Below, piece after piece: positions 54,901 through 64,000 of a stretch of 64,000 nucleotides of DNA (within the stretch, counting starts at the first letter, position 1; every line of letters starts with the position of its first letter). The DNA comes from a virus, in the IMG/VR virus record IMGVR_UViG_3300037826_000057, positions 1 through 64,000 of that record; one strand, 5' to 3'. The notes under the pieces are model-generated. The model was not told where the DNA came from, did no database searches, and saw only the letters and a program-made list of their open reading frames with translations. The translations under genes and the position numbers were made by a program.

Positions 54901-56694
54901 TGTTTGCATTAACTGCATTGAACGGTCATAGCTTCGAATGAAAGCCTCAATCTGGGCTTTGCGCCGAGAACCGCCCAAAGCACTTGCTATTTTACCAAGT
55001 TCGCGTTCATCAATAATGCCTGTTTGGAAGCGCGTATATATTTCTTCAAGAATCTCTGGTAACTCGCGCATACCACCATCAATAACATCTTCTACAGCAA
55101 TACCAAATTCCGAAAGCGCCTTTCTTGCTTTTGGTTGTCTAATTGTTGCAAATAAAGAACGCAATGAATTAGCACTTTGCTGCGCAGACAGGTTTGTTGT
55201 TTCCGCCATTGTGGCAATATAAGCTGTCAGCTCGTCAACATTAACCCCAGCACCAGCTGCAGCAGCTGATGTTGTAGCAAAGCCCTTACCCAAAGCTTCT
55301 AAACTAACCTGAGCCTCTTTGCTTACAGCAACCCATCTATCAAGTAATTGTTCACCTTCTAGTAATTCATCACCAGTAGATGTTAAACTAGAACCCAACT
55401 GTCTCAAAGAGCTTGTTAAAATATCTGTAGATTCGGTCATATCCAACTCTGCTAACCTGGCAAGCTTTGTCGCATCCTCAAAAATCTGCATGCCAGCAGC
55501 AAATCTATCCATACCTTCTACAGTACCACCAATCTGTAAAGCTTTATTGACAGCATCCATAGAATCTGTTACATCTACACCAACCTCACGTGCAACAGTA
55601 GCTATATTATCAAAATATGAATTGATAACTTCTGATGAAGTACCTGTAGTAATGGCAAGGTCTGCCATTTCATCTTCTAGATTTATCATTGTATCTAGAA
55701 GTTCTTGGGCTTTACTAAATGCACCGAATACAATACCTACAGAAATACCCCACTGAGCAACCTTGGCTATATTCCGAGTAATCATGTCATCAAATGCTCG
55801 GAACCTGGTTGAAGTATCACCTAAGGCTCTTCCAAACCTATCAAAATGGAAAGTAGCAGTAGAAACTGCTTCCCCAGCTTGTCCAGACCTAAAGGAGAAC
55901 CTGGTTACACCATTGACTGCATCGGTACTAGCACTTTGTAAATGCTCCATACTGAGGCCCATTTCATTAATTCTTTGCTTAAATTGTTCTAAGCGTCTTG
56001 GCCCCAATTTGGTTTCCAGTACATCTCTAGCCGAAGTTTGTGGGAGTTCTTCAAAATCTTTTGAGGAAGCTCTATATCGTGCTTGCTCTTTGCGTAAGTA
56101 CGTTATACCTTCAGCAGTTTCTTTAATTACATCTGCCTGGATATTCCAAGCTTTGTTAACAGCATCAAGCTTTGGTTTTAAATTAGCTAGACTAACATCC
56201 ATGCCCTTATATTTAGCTTGCATGTCTGAAAGAGCTAATTCTAAGCTTGTTCTTAAATCAAGAGCACCACCACCCTTAAATAAGTCTTGGAATTGTCTGC
56301 GTGAACCGGATACCTGTACACCTAAATCCTTTGGGATAATATTTTGTACATTTGTAATATCCTTGAAAAATCCAGAGCCTCTAAATCCCTGACTAAACTG
56401 CGTTGGAGCCTGAGCCTTTATCTGTTGGAAAGATTTGCGTATGGTATAACCCATGCGCTTAGCAGCTGTACTGACACCCTCAAACTTAGATAGTAATCTA
56501 TCTAGTTCTTCAATGTCATCTGCTCCTGTGTAAAGGCTTCTAGCCCTTTTACGCTCCAACTCATTTAAGGTATCATTTAACTTTTTGGCGTCCTTTTGTA
56601 AATTCTTAATGGACGTGCCAGACTGTTGAGCACTTTGAGCTATTTTTATAAGTTGTTGTGCGTAACTCTTTACCTGTTGTATGTCATTCGCCAT
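51937..56694 (-). CDS. Tape measure protein
   Basis: 1585 aa, helical, TP901-like core, Gly/Ala-rich segments. Confidence 0.92.
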   Translation of the reverse strand: MANDIQQVKSYAQQLIKIAQSAQQSGTSIKNLQKDAKKLNDTLNELERKRARSLYTGADDIEELDRLLSKFEGVSTAAKRMGYTIRKSFQQIKAQAPTQFSQGFRGSGFFKDITNVQNIIPKDLGVQVSGSRRQFQDLFKGGGALDLRTSLELALSDMQAKYKGMDVSLANLKPKLDAVNKAWNIQADVIKETAEGITYLRKEQARYRASSKDFEELPQTSARDVLETKLGPRRLEQFKQRINEMGLSMEHLQSASTDAVNGVTRFSFRSGQAGEAVSTATFHFDRFGRALGDTSTRFRAFDDMITRNIAKVAQWGISVGIVFGAFSKAQELLDTMINLEDEMADLAITTGTSSEVINSYFDNIATVAREVGVDVTDSMDAVNKALQIGGTVEGMDRFAAGMQIFEDATKLARLAELDMTESTDILTSSLRQLGSSLTSTGDELLEGEQLLDRWVAVSKEAQVSLEALGKGFATTSAAAAGAGVNVDELTAYIATMAETTNLSAQQSANSLRSLFATIRQPKARKALSEFGIAVEDVIDGGMRELPEILEEIYTRFQTGIIDERELGKIASALGGSRRKAQIEAFIRSYDRSMQLMQTSTNAQGDAQEALGKKTDTLRQALKELNNSFKSLGQTLGNEGGFIDFLTDAVDSVTALVDALNNLIDVLGPTATALAGVGSAWALGREFAIPQRLGFGSGTIGAGALANLSKKRQYSNQVSMSLGERAKYIGLKTLNMAGPGLAVGATHLAKAAMGREDLDQAAGRFGGSVVGAILGGLVGGPGGSLVGAAIAEAFVGYVQKSGELQDLLQKDISGASREELVARRAELKQRFEEVTKPGGGGLLGFAKNWVRVGRLVSWNSENLEEYQQNLGDIEGGLGKLMTVMSTLSSVGFGGKFARKILGIAPPEIAQVEEMQEVIRELNKEITELEGQEIDFGFGASKTQKRYLGYQQQFEPGLMSAFEEEREEMPFEFASGEIESASAYNNKIERMTSLVNQMLPIWDAYTRSAEANNSVIQDAASTYTQIGTEMADWSDENVQFITDQALAIAQYDARLEDLRKQLKEVENAEKRAALAAEQRRLEQQRALAVEEFKPILDRLRQETQQAQFGGIPGYSDFSELTQKEFDQVLAKARELQTQFAEELGIPDSAFEDIEKWAALAGENFQWVEDVMKQFVDAAKTEFKDLKSSQEDAFNVKRLQDVDPSKMGEIARRNRYWVEYLSRLRGQSPQQYLQEEGEQFNLLLGENNTLQRLYSTNQAMLFTLQDIKETEEKQLEGMWNIPSGSRFWVPLTSMFYQEGEGGGYPELPELQALQPPTEQTAQNTEMTTQQLAESLGISQTQAARLQEIIAVLREQGYTPPPAQDWDRQGALTLIDKFEDPWEEVFTGMQSENPLGQFLVESDIQNLANLGDYVSEGIDKMQAGSRHENIPQPRKEEPDWMREQYWHPGDTSAQPQRPDYMVDDAMKVTPGGGWENIFQPGAWTPPDVEEDLKKSEGGATGFTEALNKITALWQQYIMGPEQGGKKALHSPAPQQPQQVKVDIPDMQGNFTIQNTVTLDGRVIATYVKRVLERALISTLRSDGNRTGTR

Positions 56695-56697
56695 ATA

Positions 56698-56991
56698 CTA
56701 ACCCTCTATATCGTTTGGGTCTATAATAAATTCAAATTCGTTTTCCTTTTTGTCGTCAAATACTCTATCAAACCAATCATCCAATTTGTCTGGAAATAGC
56801 CAAATACTTCTCGGTGGGCGCTTATCTTCTGGTAACTGCATAAAAGAATCTATTTGCATTTGCTTGCGGCAACAAAATGAAATAGTATGAGGATATGATT
56901 TAACGTCTTTTAAATCTTCATGAATACTCAATCCTAAATTTTTAGCGATAAGCCAGGAATTTCTAAACTCATCGCTTACAGCTATTTTTTT
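56698..56991 (-). CDS. Tail assembly chaperone, -1 frameshift extension (gpT-like)
   Basis: -1 frame is open from the A7 slippery site into the 56698-56931 ORF. Confidence 0.8.
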   Translation of the reverse strand, partial: KKIAVSDEFRNSWLIAKNLGLSIHEDLKDVKSYPHTISFCCRKQMQIDSFMQLPEDKRPPRSIWLFPDKLDDWFDRVFDDKKENEFEFIIDPNDIEG

Positions 56992-57692
56992 AATTCGCTC
57001 CCATCAAGTTCAAGGTCAATATACCCATTAACAACCTGTTGTTTTAAATGCGAAGCTGCGTTATCAAATGCTTCAAAAGAGCTAAAAGCTTTTTGTGTCA
57101 TTTGTTCATCTTTAAATGTACCTAAATAAGTCTGCCAAAGATTAAACACTTCTAGCATTTCAGCGCGGCAAAGAGAATCAATAACCGAGCTTTCAAATAC
57201 TTCGGTTAAAGTATCTTTATGCAAGCCCTTTAATTCCTTTTTACGCTGTTCAATCAACTTATTTAATTCTTGCATTACAGCTTCTTCTACACGCTTATCA
57301 TACGTATCTAACTCTTCCTGGTAGGCTTCCTGAGCCTCTAGAGATGCGTTAGAATCGGGTTTAGACGGGTAGGTAGGTAGTTGGGCTTGGTTGCGTGCTC
57401 TCTGCCTTAAATCGGCAACCTCAGCAATTACAATAGCATTCTTTAATTCCTCATTAGAGAATTCCTCATAGTCAGGTAGCATTGTTTCATGCTCGATTGT
57501 ATTTTGCTTTTTTAATTTCTTACGTAAGCGTTTACTTGCTCGCAATGCTTCGCGCCTAGCTTTTTCTAAATCAGCATCACCAATAACCCTTTGATATAAG
57601 ATAACTGGTTCGTCATCAATTTTTACCACTTCACCATCTTCATCCTTAATCGTTAGTACCTTGTCCCACTTAAACAAATTTTCCAAATTCAT
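56982..57692 (-). CDS. Tail assembly chaperone (gpG-like)
   Basis: Between major tail and tape measure genes; SD AGGAGG supports ATG 57692. Confidence 0.8.
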   Translation of the reverse strand: MNLENLFKWDKVLTIKDEDGEVVKIDDEPVILYQRVIGDADLEKARREALRASKRLRKKLKKQNTIEHETMLPDYEEFSNEELKNAIVIAEVADLRQRARNQAQLPTYPSKPDSNASLEAQEAYQEELDTYDKRVEEAVMQELNKLIEQRKKELKGLHKDTLTEVFESSVIDSLCRAEMLEVFNLWQTYLGTFKDEQMTQKAFSSFEAFDNAASHLKQQVVNGYIDLELDGSELKK

Positions 57693-57707
57693 TCCTATCC
57701 TCCTACC

Positions 57708-57756
57708 TAAAATAAAAACAGGGAGCATCCACCTTTTATAAGATAGATGCTCCCTT
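57708..57756 (-). terminator. Terminator after major tail gene
   Basis: AGGGAGCATC...GATGCTCCCT then T-rich tail. Confidence 0.7.
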
Positions 57757-57820
57757 TAAATATACTTCTCCTTATATGAGCATTACAGCTTTATATTAAA
57801 TTGTTATTGCATTGAGGTTA

Positions 57821-59029
57821 TTACATTGAGCCAGAATATACTGTTAAATTACCATCAACAGATTTGAACCCAAAGGTCTGTGTAACATTTTCTCCAACAT
57901 TGGATGTATGCCCCTCAGATGTAATCTGAATTTCATCAATATACAATGTTTTCAAAACTGTACCAGAACCATCTCCACATCTATCAACCTGCGGGTCTTG
58001 GATTTCAATTTTCAGGTCAATGCCTGAAGCTGTAAATTCGCAGCTCCTAAATTCTGTCACACCGGAAGGAGTGAGTTCGCCTGTCGTGAATAGAGCAATA
58101 AGCTCTGTATCAGTATCAAGCACCTCAATATCCCCGGTGACCTCAGGAGTCTGTACGGTCGTACCAACAACACTCTTTGTGCCCATTTCTTTAACAACTG
58201 TGTTAGGGAATGTTCCACGAATGGATACAGACTGCACCCTCTCAATATCATTTGAAGAAATGGTTACCGGAATATCCTTTCCATACACAGCAGCTGGCAT
58301 AGTATCATCACTGACATTCGACCAGTTATTTCCAGCCGGGTCAGCGTGGTAAACTACAACTAGCATTGTATTAACGGTGTCAGCAAACGAAAGACTATCA
58401 CCGCTTACACTATACTCCCCGGAACTTGGATTGGAATCAACCTCGTCCAGATATGTACCGTCGAGAATAACACTAATGCAGTAATTTCCGCTCTTAAGCT
58501 CTGTTGGAGTTTCCGTTAGAGTGACTGGGCTTGAACTAGCAGCTGTACTATCAAAAGTATCCACTAGAACATCGTACTTAAACCAGGTCTTCTCATTGCC
58601 GGAAACGGTGTACTCCTCTGTAGCTTCACCATCTACCGAATAAGAAAATGTAAAATCTGTAACCTGGGCCTTTTTAACATGTACACTCTTAACATAATCA
58701 GATATATCTTTGTCCTTGACTACACCAATAAGATCAACCTCACCTAAGTTGGTGATGTCAACACCACCAGCCGGGTAATTAGAAGGGTCTGTACCAGTTA
58801 GTGCGGAATACAACTTTACACCAACATCCATAGCCTGAAACGTCGCAGTCACTTCTGGAATATCAGTAACAGAACCAGCCTTATTGGGATTGCCAAGCTC
58901 ATTAATATCTGTGTTAGGAAAATCAACAGGCATATCTAAGCGTTGAATGCGGGCTGCAAGGTAGTCTTCAAACGACCCAACAACCTTCAATGCCATGTGC
59001 TGATAAGGAATTGAAACTCGTCTTGGCAT
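57821..59029 (-). CDS. Major tail tube protein
   Basis: Position, beta-rich acidic composition, downstream terminator. Confidence 0.8.
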   Translation of the reverse strand: MPRRVSIPYQHMALKVVGSFEDYLAARIQRLDMPVDFPNTDINELGNPNKAGSVTDIPEVTATFQAMDVGVKLYSALTGTDPSNYPAGGVDITNLGEVDLIGVVKDKDISDYVKSVHVKKAQVTDFTFSYSVDGEATEEYTVSGNEKTWFKYDVLVDTFDSTAASSSPVTLTETPTELKSGNYCISVILDGTYLDEVDSNPSSGEYSVSGDSLSFADTVNTMLVVVYHADPAGNNWSNVSDDTMPAAVYGKDIPVTISSNDIERVQSVSIRGTFPNTVVKEMGTKSVVGTTVQTPEVTGDIEVLDTDTELIALFTTGELTPSGVTEFRSCEFTASGIDLKIEIQDPQVDRCGDGSGTVLKTLYIDEIQITSEGHTSNVGENVTQTFGFKSVDGNLTVYSGSM

Positions 59030-59041
59030 TATCTGTTCCTC

Positions 59042-59476
59042 CTATTCAAAATATGTGAAGAAGGTTATTCGACTTCTCCAATAAAATTTATCTACAAGTT
59101 CGTCAAAGACATGCACGGGTTTAAGTTTTCTTTTCTGAACTTCTAAAATACCTATTTGAGAGGGAGAGGTATTAGGCGGAAAACCTTCATCATAATCATA
59201 TACTGGAATACCGCATTCAAGCTCAGAATAAATATCATAAGCTAAGTTATTGCGCTGTGCTTTATTTTCAGCAAACACATCAATACGCCACAAGCGCGTA
59301 TCTAACTCACAACCGCCCATTTCAAATGGTGTAGCCTCAATATCCAATTCCGTAATAGATACCGTAGGCAAAACCAAATCTGTTTGCGGAAACCCATCCT
59401 CCACATTTACAGAATCAGGTACTAAATCCTGCAACCAGTAGTATATTGAAATCTCCTCTTTACGAAGTTGTTGCAT
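59042..59476 (-). CDS. Tail terminator protein
   Basis: GFP....LP.VSI...RIDVFA.....R pattern; position. Confidence 0.7.
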   Translation of the reverse strand: MQQLRKEEISIYYWLQDLVPDSVNVEDGFPQTDLVLPTVSITELDIEATPFEMGGCELDTRLWRIDVFAENKAQRNNLAYDIYSELECGIPVYDYDEGFPPNTSPSQIGILEVQKRKLKPVHVFDELVDKFYWRSRITFFTYFE

Positions 59477-59494
59477 TAAAACCTCCGAAAATTA

Positions 59495-60361
59495 CTACAT
59501 GCCGCCAAAAATATCGCCTGTTGGTAAACGCTCTCCAACCCCTATTTTCGGGCCAAAACGCCCATCAATAACTAACTGATACCAAACAGTACCAGCTTGC
59601 TCGTGGCGTTGAACGGCATATTGCTTTCCACCTGACGTACCGATAGCGGTACGACCGACACCAACTTTTACAACTCTGTCTTTTCTTTGTTGTTGGTCAA
59701 ATGCATATTGTAAATCAGAGCGCATTTGTTGTGTAGCATCTTGTAAACTGTCAGCAATAATTCCAGGTGCTTGGGCGCGTGTATTTTCTACAAACGGATA
59801 ACCTTGAAAGGTTGGATAAGCACCCTGGCCCATATTACCCTCTTCAATTAGATACCAGTAAGGAGCTTGTTCTCCCCAATAATCCAGACGCCTTCTAATT
59901 ACCTCTTCATAAGACGGTAAATCTTCAAACCATTTTGCGTATTTATAACTCGCTGTACCTTCTCTAGAAGGCTTATAAATACCGTATGTCCAAGCAAATA
60001 ACCTTTCAGAATGTGACTTCATTGCGGTCTTAGGCCCCCAAGCTGCTCTCTGACCTTCAATCAATTCTGTAGGCCCGCCAAGAAGACTTTCATTAACCAC
60101 GCGAAAATCCCTTAAATTCATAGATACCCAGACATGCCCAGGCTTTTTTAGATTTTCTATTAATCGCTCCTTAAGTGGGGGGTAGTTGAATTCCGTTACT
60201 ATAGTACAAGCATTATTAGCTTGTCTTATTAACTCATTTTGAATTCTTATTTCGGCAGTATCTTTAGCATTGCGCTTAACTAATCTTTCTAAATCAAGGC
60301 CATAAAACTGTTTGCCGAAACCCTCCCACTTATGGAGCAAATTACGTAATTCTCTAAACAT
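59495..60361 (-). CDS. Neck / tail-completion protein
   Basis: APYW..IEEG motif; position. Confidence 0.55.
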   Translation of the reverse strand: MFRELRNLLHKWEGFGKQFYGLDLERLVKRNAKDTAEIRIQNELIRQANNACTIVTEFNYPPLKERLIENLKKPGHVWVSMNLRDFRVVNESLLGGPTELIEGQRAAWGPKTAMKSHSERLFAWTYGIYKPSREGTASYKYAKWFEDLPSYEEVIRRRLDYWGEQAPYWYLIEEGNMGQGAYPTFQGYPFVENTRAQAPGIIADSLQDATQQMRSDLQYAFDQQQRKDRVVKVGVGRTAIGTSGGKQYAVQRHEQAGTVWYQLVIDGRFGPKIGVGERLPTGDIFGGM

Positions 60362-60603
60362 TAACGCTTATCCACTAAACCCTCAATATCATCTGCAAGC
60401 AGTAATCTAGCCGCTGAACGCACATAATCATTATAAGAATCTAGAATATATTTGCGAACCTGAGCAAATTCTTCACTGTCTTCGTTCATTACATCCTCCA
60501 CTTTTGAAAGTAGGATAGCTAGGTGCCGCTGCTTGCGTCTAGAAAGTGTGGAAATAATTCCTAATACATCCAATCCATTGATTTCGTATGTGTGAACTGC
60601 CAT
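60361..60603 (-). CDS. Hypothetical protein
   Basis: SD GAGG. Confidence 0.65.
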   Translation of the reverse strand: MAVHTYEINGLDVLGIISTLSRRKQRHLAILLSKVEDVMNEDSEEFAQVRKYILDSYNDYVRSAARLLLADDIEGLVDKR

Positions 60604-60633
60604 AATTTCCTCCCTGGCATTAACCTTTATTCT

Positions 60634-61074
60634 CTAACCTTTATCTTCCAATAATGTTACCGTTATCCTATTTGGTTCCGGTACACCTTTGATTGCATAA
60701 TTTTTCATATACATTTCCTTTGCGTCCACCTCATAATGGTGTGAATTCCGAACAGCAGTAAGATTGTACCCACTCAAACCTACCGTAGCTTGGCAATCAC
60801 CTTCATGCACTTTCCCGCCCTCAGACCAAAGGGGCTGTTCTGAAGAAAACCACCTAACGTGTGCTAATACGGGATAAGCAGAAATAGTATTTATCCAATA
60901 ATTACCATCACAAGTTTCACAAAAAGGGTCTGTTGAAAGATTAGTAGTTGGGTCTAGTGAGCATTGAGAACACGCCTCACCACTTACCTCAACATAAATA
61001 GTAATCTCTCTACCAATAGTATTTCTAATTTCATCTATTGTTTCTTTTGTATTTGAAGGAAATGTTATATTCAT
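60634..61074 (-). CDS. Head-closure (stopper)-like protein with Zn insert
   Basis: IGREI, CxxC...CxxC.G; position. Confidence 0.6.
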   Translation of the reverse strand: MNITFPSNTKETIDEIRNTIGREITIYVEVSGEACSQCSLDPTTNLSTDPFCETCDGNYWINTISAYPVLAHVRWFSSEQPLWSEGGKVHEGDCQATVGLSGYNLTAVRNSHHYEVDAKEMYMKNYAIKGVPEPNRITVTLLEDKG

Positions 61075-63539
61075 ATCACTCGTTTAAAAATCTTATCCCA
61101 TTGCTTGCCAATTTCAGACCACTTAAACTTATCCCGGGTAACAAAATTATAAATTTTGTCGGCATATTTTTGGCGCGTAGTATCATCATACATAACTTGC
61201 AGAGATTTTGCTACCGCATCTGGCGAAACAACCTTACCCTCAGTTAGAATGTCAGGATAAGTATAATTGTATGAAATAGGAATCTTATACATCACATCAT
61301 CTGGGTATATTGTCTTATAGGCAGAACTATTAGGTACAATTTGTGCCCTATGGCACGCTGCTTGTTCCATAGAAGTATTATGAAGAATCACACCATTACC
61401 TACAAAGCTGTGAGAATCTCTGACAGAAATATCCATAACTTCCTGACGTCCTAATTTTTCTATATCTCTAACTTGTGTGAAAATATAATTTTCTGTATGA
61501 ACATAATATTGTCGTCTAGCTCTAGAGGATTCTCTAAGAGGTACCTCAATAAGTTTCCTAAACAACTTCTCCTCAAAACCGCCAACTGTTACTTTATATT
61601 GTGGGAAATTACCAGCCTCTCGTTGTGGGTATGTGTTGAAAGTTGCAAATATGTGATTAGTCCTCAAAATATAGAGAATTTGCCAAGCCAGTTGTTTTGA
61701 TACAGTGGTAACAGACCAAGAACCGTTACTAGATTTATGTCCGTCGCCCTTGAAATATCCCCTCAAAAGTGGTCCTAGGCTTGTCGCTGACTTCCAAAGG
61801 AGATTATGTAGCCTCTTATTGTTTGCCCCACTCCCACATAAAGCGGTTAAAAAATCTCCTAAAATGGAAGAGCAACAATCTAGAGCACTACGATTGCCTG
61901 TTTCTTTTCTATAGGCGGTTGCATATACATTAAATGCTTTTCTCAAATAGACTTTAAATCTTTTAGCTACTTGTAGTTCATTCCCGTGAAGTGAGAGTTC
62001 TACTTTATTATAACTATAAGAACCTTCTGCTAGATACCAACCTAAAAACTCTAAAAAGTCAGAGTCAATTTTAATAAACCTATTAACTCTATTTGGTTGG
62101 GGGAGTTCAAAGTCTTCCCCGTATTTGGTTAGTATTTCTTTAGCTACTAAATTAGACTCTGTGCTTTCATCCGCGGGAATAAATTCACCACTAATTATTT
62201 TCCTAGCATTTTCAATAACCTTTTTCGTAGTATTAAACTCTTTCATTAATGAAGATATAGAAAACTTACGGTTTAGCCCGGAATAGCCGTGTTTATTCCA
62301 AATATGCTTAGAATCGTAATCAATAGTATCTCCACTAACAAACTCTGCCAAGTCCAAATATTCCGGCAACGGCTCTTTCCAATCTGGTATTGGCACTCCT
62401 ATAAAGTCACCTACCGTTATTTCAGATAATGGAAGCCATTTAGTGTCTTTTTCTGAGTAGTCGGTATTGCTAGGTTGTCCCATGTATTTAATTGTTAAGA
62501 AAGGGTGCTGTTTAGTAACTACAACGTCCGGAATGCCTCTACCGGATACAGAATAAGCAGTATCAACTCTACCAATCTTATCCAAAACATCATAGAACTT
62601 ACCATTATGAGAGAGAACTCTATCCCCAATTGACAAGTCTTCCATTTTTACACTTCCAGAGTCAGTCAAGATTTCTGTGCTTGGGTCAACACATAGCCCC
62701 CAACCTTCACCCATTGAGGTATTGAGGCCGACATCAGCAGCATTATAGATATAATTCAATCTTTCATCACTTACATAAGAGTCTGGGCCTAATTCGAGTG
62801 ATGTAAGTAGCAACCGCTTCTCAATACCATAACGCTTACACAAACGAATAACTGACCAACCCATATCTTTTTCACCCATATGACAATATAGCTTCACATT
62901 GTCTGGTTTACCTTCTGCAAACTTAGCAAAGCCCTTAATTGTAAGGTCAATGCGTTTACGCGGTTGATTGCGATTCGCATTTAAAACCACAAAATCTCCT
63001 GGAAAGACACCATTTAAATAAGCCCTAGCCTCTGTCATATTCATTGGAAAGAAAGTTTCTGTGTCAAGGCCGTGTGGCACAATACCAATATCTGCTTTTG
63101 GAAAATAGTCAGTAATTGCACTCTTTCCAAATTCTGTATAAGCATATGGGTGTGATAATTCAACCAAACGTTCAACCCACTCCCTATCTAAAGGTTTGGC
63201 ATCTACCGGAAAATAAGTAACAATTGGCTTATCAATCTCACGCAACCTAAACAAATACTTATATAAAACCCAGGTATCATTTAAGATGAAAATAAAATCT
63301 GGGTCAACATTATTAACCAAGCTGTCTAAACGCCCAAACCCATATAGGTCACCCCCAAGCATCGCGGGGTACATTTTGTGATCTGCGGGGTATGGGTCAC
63401 CTTTGTAATTAATAGCTAAGTGATGAATATCATAATCATCCGGCAAATTATCAATAATACTATGCACCACCCTAGCAAAACCTGTAGCAACTCCACCATC
63501 ACCAATAAAAAGCCCTGTAATCCTTCCCTTATTATCCAT
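61071..63539 (-). CDS. GT-B (GT4-like) glycosyltransferase containing an intein
   Basis: TGFARV, PHGLD, NRNQPRKR, EGWGL|intein|TSMEQAAC. Confidence 0.9.
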   Translation of the reverse strand: MDNKGRITGLFIGDGGVATGFARVVHSIIDNLPDDYDIHHLAINYKGDPYPADHKMYPAMLGGDLYGFGRLDSLVNNVDPDFIFILNDTWVLYKYLFRLREIDKPIVTYFPVDAKPLDREWVERLVELSHPYAYTEFGKSAITDYFPKADIGIVPHGLDTETFFPMNMTEARAYLNGVFPGDFVVLNANRNQPRKRIDLTIKGFAKFAEGKPDNVKLYCHMGEKDMGWSVIRLCKRYGIEKRLLLTSLELGPDSYVSDERLNYIYNAADVGLNTSMGEGWGLCVDPSTEILTDSGSVKMEDLSIGDRVLSHNGKFYDVLDKIGRVDTAYSVSGRGIPDVVVTKQHPFLTIKYMGQPSNTDYSEKDTKWLPLSEITVGDFIGVPIPDWKEPLPEYLDLAEFVSGDTIDYDSKHIWNKHGYSGLNRKFSISSLMKEFNTTKKVIENARKIISGEFIPADESTESNLVAKEILTKYGEDFELPQPNRVNRFIKIDSDFLEFLGWYLAEGSYSYNKVELSLHGNELQVAKRFKVYLRKAFNVYATAYRKETGNRSALDCCSSILGDFLTALCGSGANNKRLHNLLWKSATSLGPLLRGYFKGDGHKSSNGSWSVTTVSKQLAWQILYILRTNHIFATFNTYPQREAGNFPQYKVTVGGFEEKLFRKLIEVPLRESSRARRQYYVHTENYIFTQVRDIEKLGRQEVMDISVRDSHSFVGNGVILHNTSMEQAACHRAQIVPNSSAYKTIYPDDVMYKIPISYNYTYPDILTEGKVVSPDAVAKSLQVMYDDTTRQKYADKIYNFVTRDKFKWSEIGKQWDKIFKRVI
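61377..62693 (-). mobile_element. Intein (439 aa) with LAGLIDADG endonuclease
   Basis: Starts CVDPSTEILT, TKQHPF, LGWYLAEG, LRGYFKGDG, ends VILHN followed by Thr. Confidence 0.92.
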
Positions 63540-63558
63540 TGTTTTTCTCCTTTAATAA

Positions 63559-64000
63559 TTACTTTTCACCAAGTAATTTTTGCCAATAAGCGTGTTGAAA
63601 GTCAGCTGTCTGATTTAAGAGTCTTGGATTGAACCAATTAATCCAATCCCCTATAATACCTTTTCTGCGCCAACGGTCATTACGCTTTTCCTCACCAGGT
63701 TTTCTACCTGATTTGTTTTTAAAAGAATGCTTTTCACAAATATGCTCGATTCTTCTATCTGTAACCTTAATACCTAAGAAGTCAGAAATTTCCCGTACTT
63801 GCTTCTGAATATCCTGCTTCATCCATTCATAAGAAGTCCAAATATATCCTGAATTTGTATGCCTTTTCTCTCCACCAGAATATGTACTAGCTCCTTTTTG
63901 CATCATATCAAGCATGCGCTTAGTATTATCTACGAATGCCTGGTTTTCTATAGTGCTTAAAATCGCTTCCTGGTCTGAGTTAAAATTCTGAGGCTTACCA
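63559..64000 (-). CDS. Sulfotransferase-like protein, C-terminal part, open to window end
   Basis: SYE.MK.D....V..I..FLG, SF, RKGIIGDWINWF (PAPS-sulfotransferase C-terminal motif). Confidence 0.8.
   Translation of the reverse strand, partial: GKPQNFNSDQEAILSTIENQAFVDNTKRMLDMMQKGASTYSGGEKRHTNSGYIWTSYEWMKQDIQKQVREISDFLGIKVTDRRIEHICEKHSFKNKSGRKPGEEKRNDRWRRKGIIGDWINWFNPRLLNQTADFQHAYWQKLLGEK

Noticed and set aside
20096-56392. Long antisense ORFs (e.g. 20096-20671, 33167-33823, 55319-55756, 55763-56392)
   Set aside because: Shadows of well-supported genes on the opposite strand.
1-64000. Stop-codon reassignment
   Set aside because: Conserved genes are full length in code 11, all three stops are used, and no suppressor tRNA is seen.

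Overview
The window is part of a large, AT-rich, probably lytic tailed phage genome (siphovirus-type tail; no integrase or repressor seen). It uses the standard bacterial code, AGGAGG ribosome-binding sites and sigma70-type promoters; the host cannot be determined from this sequence. Layout: (1) 1-5.9 kb, minus strand: nucleotide-metabolism and accessory genes, with an IS200/605-type OMEGA element (IscB/IsrB plus omega RNA) running off the left edge; (2) 6.1-21.7 kb, plus strand: replication module (PolA, RecA, SSB, DnaB, resolvase, Cas4-like nuclease, intein-containing phosphoesterase, primase, dUTPase, DNA methyltransferases, class II RNR); (3) 22-31.2 kb, minus strand: phiEco32-like peptide-ligase cluster containing an unusual RuvB-like ATPase; (4) 31.4-43.3 kb, plus strand: short early transcription units and tRNAs separated by repeat-rich spacers; (5) 43.7-64 kb, minus strand: holin, tail and neck genes, an intein-containing glycosyltransferase and a sulfotransferase-like gene. 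The most striking unexplained signal is a roughly 2 kb island (41415-43397) next to the probable genome end that avoids the trinucleotide GGT/ACC: none in 41839-43397, against 21 in the neighbouring 300 bp at 40260-40560. It holds a boxA-led structured RNA and three small genes. Its left edge is a polar RTAAYGAACC motif that recurs nine times in intergenic spacers. Together these suggest a GGT/ACC-directed process coupled to stepwise genome entry or expression; the pattern is directly visible, the mechanism is inference.
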